From contig BQXS01012457.1 of the NCBI GenBank assembly GCA_024181965.1, positions 1 to 37,425 on the forward strand: a DNA stretch of 37,425 nt, written 5' to 3'. This stretch comes from Aduncisulcus paluster. Its lineage: Eukaryota. The first letter of the stretch is position 1, and each line of letters starts with the position of its first letter. Under the pieces are notes generated by a model, which was not told where the DNA came from, did not search any database, and worked only from the letters and a program-made list of their open reading frames with translations. Below are positions 1-10,865 of this stretch, piece by piece. The translations under genes and the position numbers were made by a program.

Positions 1-476
1 CTCAGATGTTCCACTCCTCCAACATGATGGCTGCCTGTGACCACCGTCATGGTCGTTACCTCACTGCCGCCGCTATCTTCCGTGGTCGTATGTCTACCAA
101 GGAGGTTGAGGAGCAGATGTTCAATATCCAGAACAAGAACTCTTCCTACTTCGTTGAGTGGATCCCCAACAACATCAAGACCTCCATCTGTGACATCCCT
201 CCCCGTGGTTTGAAGATGGCCTCCACTTTCATCGGTAACTCCACCGCCATCCAGGAGCTCTTCCGTCGTGTCCATGACCAATTCCGTGCTATGTTCACTC
301 GTAGAGCTTTCCTTCACTGGTACACTGGTGAGGGTATGGATGACATGGAATTCTCTGAAGCTGAGATGAACATGACCGATCTTGTCTCTGAGTACCAACA
401 ATACCAGGACGCCTCCGTCGACGATGACGAGGGTGAAGAGATGGAAGGTGAGGACGAAATGGAGGGTGACTTCTAA
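1..476 (+). CDS. TUBB: Beta-tubulin, C-terminal part (5' truncated by window edge)
   Basis: Translation has beta-tubulin hallmarks [61 protein letters not shown] and an acidic tail. TAA is at 474-476. Strong C/T-ending codon bias is typical of a highly expressed gene. Confidence 0.97.
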   Translation, partial: QMFHSSNMMAACDHRHGRYLTAAAIFRGRMSTKEVEEQMFNIQNKNSSYFVEWIPNNIKTSICDIPPRGLKMASTFIGNSTAIQELFRRVHDQFRAMFTRRAFLHWYTGEGMDDMEFSEAEMNMTDLVSEYQQYQDASVDDDEGEEMEGEDEMEGDF

Positions 477-966
477 GTTGTTTGTGGTATATAAACTGCG
501 ACTTTGTATTTTTGTGTCAAAATTTTTAATGATGTGTTCGTGAGTAAAAACTTAATCTTCAGAAGTATTGGACAATAATATACCACTTTTAAGAAATATA
601 ATTTTATAAAATGTATATGATAAAGAATACAATATATTTTACTTGCATATAAATCAACAAGGGAGTTGGAAACAATAAATTAGATTTTGTTCATGATACA
701 ACACGTTTATAAATATAATAGCATAACATTCCACTTTAATCCACATTTATATTCCATTATATGAAAGTTAAGTATTCCTTATGTTCTTTATTCTTGGTTA
801 AAGTTTTCTTGACCTCCTAGAACCTTATCTATTCAAATATGATGAATTTATTTACGATCAATTCCAACAAATTCCACTGGAATTGACAATATACCTCCCT
901 AAAAAAGTGTTGGGCTCTTTAAATTAGGCCGGTTTACAAAATGTTTATTATTGATCTTGATATCCA

Positions 967-3900
967 TTATTCTTCTTTCTTCTTGTCGAATCCTCTCGAA
1001 TCCCGGTATTCAATAGAACTCTGAATTGTTGAAGAGATACTCAAAGAATCCAATTCACTCGTTGGTGGGACAATATAACTTGATTCTGAGGTAATGACAC
1101 GGGATCTACTCGGATTGGATTGCTTTGAATTCGCTTTGGACAGAAGTTGAAGAGAGTAATCGTCAACGGATTCATCATGCCTTACAATGAGCAAAGATGA
1201 TTCGTCTGTATCTTTATCTGGGGTATAACTTATTTGAAGATCACGAGTTTCTTCACGAATAGTTTGGCGAGTCGAAGTTGAATCATTACTATCTTTCACC
1301 ACTCCATCACNNNNNNNNNNNNNNNNNNNNTTCTGAGGTAATGACACGGGATCTACTCGGATTGGATTGCTTTGAATTCGCTTTGGACAGAAGTTGAAGA
1401 GAGTAATCGTCAACGGATTCATCATGCCGTACAATGAGCAAAGATGATTCGTCTGTATCTTTATCTGGGGTATAACTTATTTGAAGATCACGAGTTTCTT
1501 CACGAATAGTTTGGCGAGTCGAAGTTGAATCATTACTATCTTTCACCACTCCATCACTCTCTTCTTCATACTCAAATTCAACAACATTCTTAGATTTTCC
1601 AAGAGTTTTGATCTTTTCCTTAATTATTTCATTCATGGTTGGGAATTCAAAACCTTCTCCAATCTTTGGCAATAAATCTTTGACATTTTGAACCCTTTTA
1701 CGCGCTTCATGAACACTCATGCGTTCATCTTCATTGAGTTTGGTAAGACCAATGAATACTTCATTCAAAACCTTATGAACAAGTTCGTATTTCCTATCTT
1801 CAATGGTTAACAAAGACTTAAACAAAGGAGATTGAGAGAGAGGTGGACACATATCATTTTCCATCAAACGCTTCAGTAATTTCATAATATCAAGAACATT
1901 GGCTTTTCCTAAACGAACTTTTCTATAAACTTCTCTAAAAATGGGTAATGAAACAAAAGGTTGTTCACATAAGAATAACGCCAGGATCGACATTCCAAGA
2001 GAATATCCATCGCTCTTTTGGGTCTGAGTTCCATATGAAAGAGTTTCATACGAGTTGTACACAAGAGTTCCACATCTGGAATTCTTTTGTTTTGTCTTTT
2101 CTTTCCTTTCGCCCTGGATGGCTGATTTAGAAGACGTTGAAGAAGAGATAGAATCTAAGATTTGAACCATTCCAAGATCACCAAGGACAACAGTGCAATC
2201 TCCATCTTTGGGATCAACACGAACAAGGAAGTTGTTTGGTTTGACATCTCGATGAATAAGACGTTTCTTTGCTCTAAACACATCATCAAGACATTCGATC
2301 ATCCCAACACAGAGAGAACATACTTTCACAGGATTCAGTGTCATGGGATCAACATGAGTTGTGTCATGTTCACTCTTGGAAGAATCAGAAGAATATTCTG
2401 AATCCGAATATTCTTCATCCTTTTCACTCTCATCTCTAACATCCTTTGCTTTTAAATACTCGCCATCATCACACCAACTCCTTGCAAAGTCCTTAACACT
2501 ACCTCCAGCACAAAATTCCATGATAAATCCATATACACCTTTCATATCTGCATCAAGCAGGTCAAGAATATAAAGAGGACGTGGGATACGATTGAAACAT
2601 TTTGGATTCGTAAACAATTTGAGTTGCATCTTGAACTCCTTTCGGCATCCTTTGACAACCCTTTCATCAGCTTCACGGAGCATTTTCTTCAGAACACAAG
2701 GAATCGGAATACCTTCAACTTCAACAAGAAGAACTTCACCAAATCCACCATGACCAATGATGCACTGAGGAGTGATGGTTTCCGAGGAAGTGAGAGTGAA
2801 AGAATCATGTTTGATAAGCTTTGTGGAATCTGAAGAAAGGGGAGGAATGTCTTCACCTTTAATGAAAATAAGGGAATCTATTTGAAAATTTCTACTATTC
2901 TTCTCTTCCCATGTTCCTTTGCCTTTAATATCACATAACCTAACGTTTTGTAAATCAATAGGAAGGAAGTACCATTCATATTCATTTTTATGTTTTATAA
3001 ATTCATACTTCTTGGATGTCTTCTTTCCATTTGAAAAAGTAAAAGTGAAGAGAAGAGAGGGAGAACTATCATCCTTTTCCACACAAATATATGCACCTTT
3101 TATAGGACTAGGTTGTGAAAAAGGGATGGAAAGGTGGGATAAAAATACACTATATTTTCCATTCAACATTCCTTGGGCTCTTGAACTCTTATCATACCAC
3201 TTAGATTCCATAATACAACAATCATCATATCCTTGTACCATGTCAAGGGGAGGTCGTATAACCGTTGGATCATATGGAAAAATTGGATATGAATTTTTAT
3301 CCCCCTTTTTAATAAAATTTGGTTTCACTATGGTTGCTTCATGCCATTGTTTCTCACAATTACCTTCCTTAATCTTATATGCATAGGATTCTTCAGAAGT
3401 TCTTTCTCTAACAAACGCAAGCGACATGATCCTAAATTTTTCTCCTTCTTTTCCTTCAATTTCACATAGAATAACGTCAGAAATATCAATTGATATGAAA
3501 AACCAACTATTTTCAAGAATTTTAGAAAAGTCAATCTTCTTGGCCTTTTTCTCCCTCTTTGAAGAAGTAAATGCAAACGTCAGCTGGGATGCAGATAATT
3601 CAGCATCTAAACATATATAAATACCTTTGATTGGGGAAGAGGATAGGAAAGGAATGGAGATATCTGTGAAATACTCTCTCTCAGAATAATCAACATATTC
3701 TTTCATCATCTGTTGAGCATTAGAACTCTGATCATAGCCTTTGTTTCCTTCCTCCTTGCTTTTGTCTGTTGCTTTAATTGCAGAAAAGTCTGGATTCTGA
3801 ACAATTGGATCGTCTCGAGGAATAGGAATGCAGGAGCAATCTCCAAAATTAATAAACTCAATAGTTCCAGTTGAAACATACTTTTTGATAAACAGCAGAG

Positions 3901-6900
3901 AAATTATGGTGAAGGATTGACTATACTTTATGTTCCATGTTCCTTTCCCTTTAATATCACATAACACAATATTTTCCAAATCAATAGGGAGAAAATGCCA
4001 TTCATAATCGTACTTGGGTCTTATAAATTCATATTTCTTGTATATTTTCTTACCATCAGAATCGGTGAAAGTGAAGAGAAGAGAGGGCGAACTTGAATCT
4101 TTATCCACACAGATATAAGCACCTTTCATAGGACTAGGTGATGGGAAAGGAATGGAAAGATGGGATAATGTCACTTCTCCTTCACCCTTTAACATTTCTT
4201 GTGCTCCTTCACTCTGGTCATAATACTCAGATTCAATAGAATACAAATCATTCTTTCCCTTGACCATCTCAAAAGAAGGACTATTGACGGCTGGATCATC
4301 ACGTGGAATGGGGATGGCAGATTCATCGCCAGAATTCACAAACTCGGGTGTAATGACGGGCTGTAGAGCATTTTTGAAAAAGAGATATGAAATGGTATTA
4401 GAAACAAATCGAAAGATCATATTGTCAAATAAGATTAGCATGAATCGTATCAAATAATAAACAAAGAAATAGCAAATATAAAACCAATAAAATATAATGA
4501 ACATACAGCTTTAGACCATTGGTCCTCAATGGATTCCCGAATACAACGTTCTTCAGGCGTTTCTTCTCGAAAGAAAACGAGAGCATCAATCCAAAAACTC
4601 CGATTATTATCATCATCATCCCATCCTTTCCCTTCAATCTCACACGATATAACATCGTCCAAATCAATAGGAAGGAAGTACCATTCATATTCAAACACAG
4701 AATCAATAGATTCTGATCCATCTTCTGAAGATTCTGATTCAGAGTCTTCCTTTGAGGATTCTGAAGTATCTTTCTCACGTTCCGATAACGTACTTTCAGT
4801 TTTTGAAAATTTATATACTTTCATAATCTTTTCCTGTTTACGGAGGGTGAATGTGAATATAAAAGACCCTGAAGAATAATAATCTTCATTCATACAGACT
4901 AAAACGCCCCTTATAAGACCAGAAGAGATAAAAGGAATCGAGAGATGAGTAATACCAATAAGCATATAATCAAAAACCTCTCGCTTCATCATATTTTGAA
5001 CTTCTAAACTCAGATCATAGTCATCAGAATCTTTATAATACATATCATTCTTTGCCCTTATCTTTGATAAAAAGGGTTTGACAATGCAAATATCATCTCG
5101 AGGAATATGAATTTCACTCGTACTACTTTTGACAACAAACTTCGGTGAGAAAATCTTAGCTTCAGAAAATAGATTTTCATGTGAACTTATCTTTGATTTA
5201 CGAACAAGTGATTCGTACGGCGTTTCTTCTCGAATAAAAAAAAGAGAATTAATTTCAAAACATCGACTTTTCTTCTCTTCCCATGTACCTTTTCCCTGAA
5301 TCTCACATAATCTAACATTTTCCAAATCAATAGGGAGAAAATGCCATTCATCATAATTTACAGGTCTTGTGAATTCATATTTCTTGTATGTTTTCTTGCC
5401 ATCACAATCAGTGAAAGTGAAGAGAAGAGAAGGTGAACTGTGATACTCATTTACACAGATATAAGCACCTTTCATTTTTGGATTTGGTGATGGAAAAGGG
5501 ATAGAAATATGGGATAACTTTACCGATATTCCCTTTCTTAACATGTTTTGTGCTTGTAAATTCTGATCATCAAGATCTAAATCATTGGATTTTTCTTCCA
5601 TATATGTTTCATTTTGTCCTTTAACCATCTCAAAGGAAGGGCAAATAATAATCGGATCATCAAGAGGATATGGAATATAGTCTCCACCTTCATCATGAAT
5701 ATAGGTCGGTTTCACAATTTGGGATTCAGACCAAAGTTTCTCAAGAGTTTCCTCTTTAAGTTTACGAATTGAGGTTTCTTCTTCCGTTTCTTCTCTAATG
5801 AAAACAAGTGAATTGATCCTAAAACGCCGACTATTCTTCATTTCCCATGTTCCTTTTCCTTCAATCTCACACAATACAACGTTAACCAAATCAATAGAAA
5901 GGAAGTACCATTCATATTCATGTTTAGGTCTTGTGAATTCATACTTCTTGAACGTCTTCTTATCGTCAGAATCGGTGAAAGTGAAGAGAAGAGAGGGCGA
6001 ACTTGAATCTTTATCCACACAGATATATGCACCTTTCATTGGACTAGGTGATGGGAAAGGGATGGAAAGATGGGATAAGCTAACGAAATCCTTCCCCTTT
6101 AATATATTTTGTACTTGCGAATTGATATTCTTATAAATTGTTTCATCTTTTCCTTTGACCATCTCAAAATTAGGATTTATGATAGTTGGATCATTGCGTG
6201 GAATTGGAATAGAATGGCCACCTTCATTTACAAATTTTGGCTTCAATACTGAGATGTCTAGGCATTGAGTTTCTCTACAACCGACAGATTCTGCATGTAT
6301 TTCTTCACGGATGAAAATTAATGAGTTAAGTTTAGAACATCGACTATTCTTTTCTTCCCACATCCCTTTCCCTTTAATATCACATAACACAATATTTTTC
6401 AAATCAATAGGGAGAAAATGCCATTCATAATCGTATTTGGGTCTTATGAATTTATATTTCTTGTATATTTTCTTACCATCAGAATCGGTGAAAGTGAAGA
6501 GAAGAGAGGGCGAACTTGAATCTTTATCCACACAGATATATGCACCTTTCATTGGACTAGGTGATGGGAAAGGGATGGAAAGATGGGATAATATCACTTC
6601 TCCTTCACCTTTTAACATTTCTTGTGCTCCTTCACTCTGGTCATAATACTCAGATTCAATAGAATACAAATCATTCTTTCCCTTGACCATCTCAAAAGAA
6701 GGACTATTGACGGCTGGATCATCACGTGGAATGGGGATGGCAGATGCATCGCCAGAATTCACAAACTCTGATTTAATGGCGGGCTATAGAGCATTTTTGA
6801 AAAAGAGATATGAAATGGTATTAGAAACAAATCGAAAGANNNNNNNNNNNNNNNNNNNNACCTTTTAACATTTCTTGTGCTCCTTCACTCTGGTCATATT

Positions 6901-9900
6901 ACTCAGATTCAATAGAATACAAATCATTCTTTCCCTTGACCATCTCAAAAGAAGGACTATTGACGGCTGGATCATCACGTGGAATGGGGATGGCAGATGC
7001 ATCGCCAGAATTCACAAACTCTGATTTAATGGCGGGCTATAGAGCATTTTTGAAAAAGAGATATGAAATGGTATTAGAAACAAATCGAAAGATCATATTG
7101 TCAAATAAGATTAGCATGAATCGTATCAAATAATAAACAAAGAAATAGCAAATATAAAACCAATAAAATATAATGAACATACAGCTTTAGACCATTGGTC
7201 CTCAATGGATTCCCGAATACAACGTTCTTCAAGAGTTTCTTCTCGAAAGAAAACGAGGTACTTGATTCGAAAATGACGGCTATTCTTCTCTATTAATGTT
7301 CCTTTCCCTTCAATCTCACACGATATAACATCGTCCAAATCAATAGGAAGGAAGTACCATCCATATTCAAACACAGAATCAATAGATTCTGATCCATCTT
7401 CTGAAGATTCTGATTCAGAGTCTTCCTTTGAGGATTCTGAAGTATCTTTCTCACGTTCCAATAACGTACTTTCAGATTCAGAGTTTTTCTTCTGTTTCTT
7501 CTCATCCGAAAATAAATACCTTTTGAAAGTTTTTGTATTATTTGAAAGAATAAAAGTGTAGAGTAGAGATGGTGAACTGTGATACCCATCCACACAGATA
7601 TAAGCACCTTTCATCCGACAAGGAGATGGGAAAGGAATGGAAAGATGGGATAATGTCACTTCTCCTTCACCTTTTAACATTTTTTGAGCATTTGAACCTT
7701 GATCATAATCTTCAGATTCCTTACTCTTCGAATCATCTTTGCTCTTAACCATTGACAATGAAGAGTTGATTACGCATGGATTATCACAAGAAATAGGAAT
7801 AGAAAATCGATATCCAGAATTAATATATTGTGGTATGATTGGTGTTTTTCCCCATATTTTCTTCAGACTTTCTATTCTTTGTTTACGGTTCGTAGATTCT
7901 TCAGATGTTTCTTCTCGAAAGAAAACTAGGGATTCGACATCAAAATATCGACTATTCTTTTCTTCCCACATCCCTTTCCCTTTAATATCACATAACACAA
8001 TATTTTCCAAATCAATAGGGAGAAAATGCCATTCATAATCGTATTTGGGTCTTATGAATTTATATTTCTTGTATATTTTCTTACCATCAGAATCGGTGAA
8101 AGTGAAGAGAAGAGAGGGCGAACTTGAATCTTTATCCACACAGATATATGCACCTTTCATTGGACTAGGTGATGGGAAAGGGATGGAAAGATGGGATAAT
8201 ATCACTTCTCCTTCACCTTTTAACATTTCTTGTGCTCCTTCACTCTGGTCATAATACTCAGATTCAATAGAATACAAATCATTCTTTCCCTTGACCATCT
8301 CAAAAGAAGGACTATTGACGGCTGGATCATCACGTGGAATGGGGATGGCAGATGCATCGCCAGAATTCACAAACTCTGATTTAATGGCGGGCTATAGAGC
8401 ATTTTTGAAAAAGAGATATGAAATGGTATTAGAAACAAATCGAAAGATCATATTGTCAAATAAGATTAGCATGAATCGTATCAAATAATAAACAAAGAAA
8501 TAGCAAATATAAAACCAATAAAATATAATGAACATACAGCTTTAGACCATTGGTCCTCAATGGATTCCCGAATACAACGTTCTTCAAGAGTTTCTTCTCG
8601 AAAGAAAACGAGAGCATCAATCCAAAAACTCCGATTATTATCATCATCATCCCATCCTTTCCCTTCAATCTCACATAACACAATATTTTCCAAATCAATA
8701 GGGAGAAAATGCCATTCATAATCGTATTTGGGTCTTATGAATTTATATTTCTTGTATATTTTCTTACCATCAGAATCGGTGAAAGTGAAGAGAAGAGAGG
8801 GCGAACTTGAATCTTTATCCACACAGATATATGCACCTTTCATTGGACTAGGTGATGGGAAAGGGATGGAAAGATGGGATAATATCACTTCTCCTTCACC
8901 TTTTAACATTTCTTGTGCTCCTTCACTCTGGTCATAATACTCAGATTCAATAGAATACAAATCATTCTTTCCCTTGACCATCTCAAAAGAAGGACTATTG
9001 ACGGCTGGATCATCACGTGGAATGGGGATGGCAGATGCATCGCCAGAATTCACAAACTCTGATTTAATGGCGGGCTATAGAGCATTTTTGAAAAAGAGAT
9101 ATGAAATGGTATTAGAAACAAATCGAAAGATCATATTGTCAAATAAGATTAGCATGAATCGTATCAAATAATAAACAAAGAAATAGCAAATATAAAACCA
9201 ATAAAATATAATGAACATACAGCTTTAGACCATTGGTCCTCAATGGATTCCCGAATACAACGTTCTTCAAGAGTTTCTTCTCGAAAGAAAACGAGAGCAT
9301 CAATCCAAAAACTCCGATTATTATCATCATCATCCCATCCTTTCCCTTCAATCTCACACGATATAACATCGTCCAAATCAATAGGAAGGAAGTACCATTC
9401 ATATTCAAACACAGAATCAATAGATTCTGATCCATCTTCTGAAGATTCTGATTCAGAGTCTTCCTTTGAGGATTCTGAAGTATCTTTCTCACGTTCCGAT
9501 AACGTACTTTCAGTTTTTGAAAATTTATACTTCTTGTGTGTCTTTAACCCTGTTGGACTTGTGAAAGTGAAGATAAGATGAAAAGGTGCTAAATTTTTCA
9601 CAATACAAATATAAGAACCTTTTAATGGGGTGGATGCGGATAAAGGTATCGATATATAGGTACAGGATCCAGAAATGAACTCTGTTTCGCCTTTCATCAT
9701 TTCTTGAACCTCTGAACTCAGTTCATAGCCGTCTTGACCAATATCCACTGTTTCATTGATTGAATTGATGTTGTCAAAGTCTGGATTCGTTATGTTGGGG
9801 GCATCACAAGGAATTGGAAGACAAGACAAACCTCCTTCACGGATAAATTCTGGATAAACGAGTTGAATCTAGATAAAATTGCCAAAATAAATCGATTATA

Positions 9901-9988
9901 AGCAATATTATATCAAATAAAAGTATATTTGGCTTCAAAAATCTCTTTTTTTACGTACTTCACTTTCTGAACTTGGATTTAGATCCAT
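967..9988 (-). CDS. Giant multi-exon protein kinase with 11 tandem N-terminal modules. Exons (minus): 9988-9959, 9868-9221, 9074-8538, 8391-7183, 6783-4507, 4360-967. About 2,615 aa if the gap overlaps at 6840 and 1311 are collapsed.
   Basis: ATG at 9988 (MDLNPSSESE). All exon lengths are multiples of 3 and the introns are GT..AG, joining ...QWSKA|P(V/A)I(T/K)(P/S)EFVN in frame. Module consensus is PEF..GD...IPIPRDDP...LSHLSIPF.SPSPMKGAYICV...SSPSLLFTFT...KKYEF....EWHFLPIDL....CEI.GKG...F.I.SL.F.RE, with 1+1+2+4+3 copies per exon. The kinase has GHGGFG, VLKK, HRDVKPNN, DLG, CGTLVYNSYE and SDGYSLG. TAA is at 967-969. No signal peptide or TM is evident in the spliced product. Confidence 0.85.
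1084..1557. repeat. Duplicated flanks of the 20-N gap 1311-1330 (1084-1310 vs 1331-1557); probable unmerged contig overlap
   Basis: Near-identical 227-nt copies at offset 247. Collapsing them restores a continuous kinase C-terminus ending at TAA 967. Confidence 0.85.
1670..2790 (-). other. Ser/Thr-type protein kinase domain of the modular kinase (approximate bounds)
   Basis: Gly loop GHGGFG, Lys in VLKK, alphaC Glu (RKEF), catalytic HRDVKPNN, DFG replaced by DLG, APE replaced by SYE, and an acidic/Ser insert after the hinge (EKDEEYSDSEYSSDSS). Confidence 0.93.
4361..4506 (-). other. Spliceosomal intron, 146 nt, phase 0 (copy A; GTATGT...CTACAG)
   Basis: Donor GTATGT follows the codons for WSKA, the body is T-rich with CTAAT branch-like motifs, and the acceptor is CAG. 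Removal fuses ORF 4450..6762 to ORF 1307..4504 in frame. Confidence 0.9.
6784..6839 (-). other. 3' part of the same intron (copy B), cut by an N gap; probably the same physical intron as 7037..7182
   Basis: Identical to the 3' end of the other copies (acceptor CTATAG). Sequence after the gap (6860-7092) repeats 6607-6839 at offset 253. Confidence 0.75.
7037..7182 (-). other. Spliceosomal intron, 146 nt, phase 0 (copy C; GTATGT...CTATAG)
   Basis: Same sequence as copy A except the acceptor is TAG. The join WSKA|PAIKSEFVN is in frame. Confidence 0.9.
8392..8537 (-). other. Spliceosomal intron, 146 nt, phase 0 (copy D)
   Basis: Matches copy C, GTATGT..TAG, in-frame join. Confidence 0.9.
9075..9220 (-). 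other. Spliceosomal intron, 146 nt, phase 0 (copy E)
   Basis: Matches copies C and D, GTATGT..TAG, in-frame join. Confidence 0.9.
9869..9958 (-). other. First intron of the modular kinase, 90 nt, phase 0 (GTACGT...TCTAG)
   Basis: It links a 10-codon ATG exon to IQLVYPEFIREGGLSCLPIP, which matches the module start. It contains an in-frame TGA and is AT-rich. Confidence 0.75.
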
Positions 9989-10865
9989 AATGTTCTTGAT
10001 ATTCTATAACGAGAACACGAATAAAAATAAAACAATACAACATTTTAACAAAGAATAATACCACAATTATCGAACATTTAGTGAATTTCAAGGAGGAAAT
10101 GACGACAAGAACAGCCAGCGAGAGAACCAGTGAATAAAATGGGGTGATTATGGATTGACAAGAATTTAATATCCAATAAACAAAAAATTATGACATACAA
10201 TATTTTCAATATTTCTTTTACAACGGGAAGAAATGAAGTTTTAGAATTCAAAACTCTGTATAATAACAATGCAAGATGACATTGCAGAATATATCGATTA
10301 AAAAATACAAATGTTTTATTTCTAACATACATTGGAAGCTAGTCTTGCTATTCCACTCCTGACTCAAAATCGTTTCATAACTCCCGAGTTTTGTTCACAT
10401 ATTGGATTATAAAGTTACATTATGTGAATATAGATCCAACAAAGAAAATATTAATTCGATATTCATTCTCCTGGGAGCGTTATTTGATAGCTTAATAATA
10501 TTATGACAAAACTCACTCATCTCCAAAATGATTAAACAATAATTCAATAGTAATGATATTTATTACACTGTAAAACGGCATGAAACTAAGGAGCAAACAA
10601 TAGCATTGCCACTGTTGATCATTATTCAGACCACTGGTTTCTTCTGACAGAAGTTAATATTATGGTATTGTTTGCGCATCCATACTGGTCAAAAATTTGA
10701 TGATAATTTGAGAAAAACTTCTAAAAATAGAATCTATGGACCAAATCTCTTCGATTTGTGCAGAAATAGTAAAAATATGAATAAAAAAACTTAACGGATT
10801 GAATTAGAATTCAGAAATTATTGATATCTATTGATTTCATTCTTGAATGAATGTCATCTTTCCCT

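Noticed and set aside
4431-4442. AAGATTAGCATG in the repeated intron matches part of the U6 snRNA core
   Set aside because: There is no upstream ACAGAG box or downstream U6 ISL. It is the reverse complement of a branch-point-like TGCTAAT in an AT-rich intron, so a chance match is likely.
4361-9220. Regularly recurring identical sequences considered as a CRISPR array or an Introner-type transposon
   Set aside because: The units are hundreds of bp long and include coding flanks. Each intron copy sits at the same homologous position with no TIR or TSD, so the copies arose by segmental duplication and not by independent insertion.
10078-10332. 84-aa minus-strand ORF, and an ITPEF-like word at ~10377-10400 on the plus strand
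   Set aside because: AT-rich intergenic composition, no recognisable domain, and the module-like word is too short and frame-broken to call a relic.
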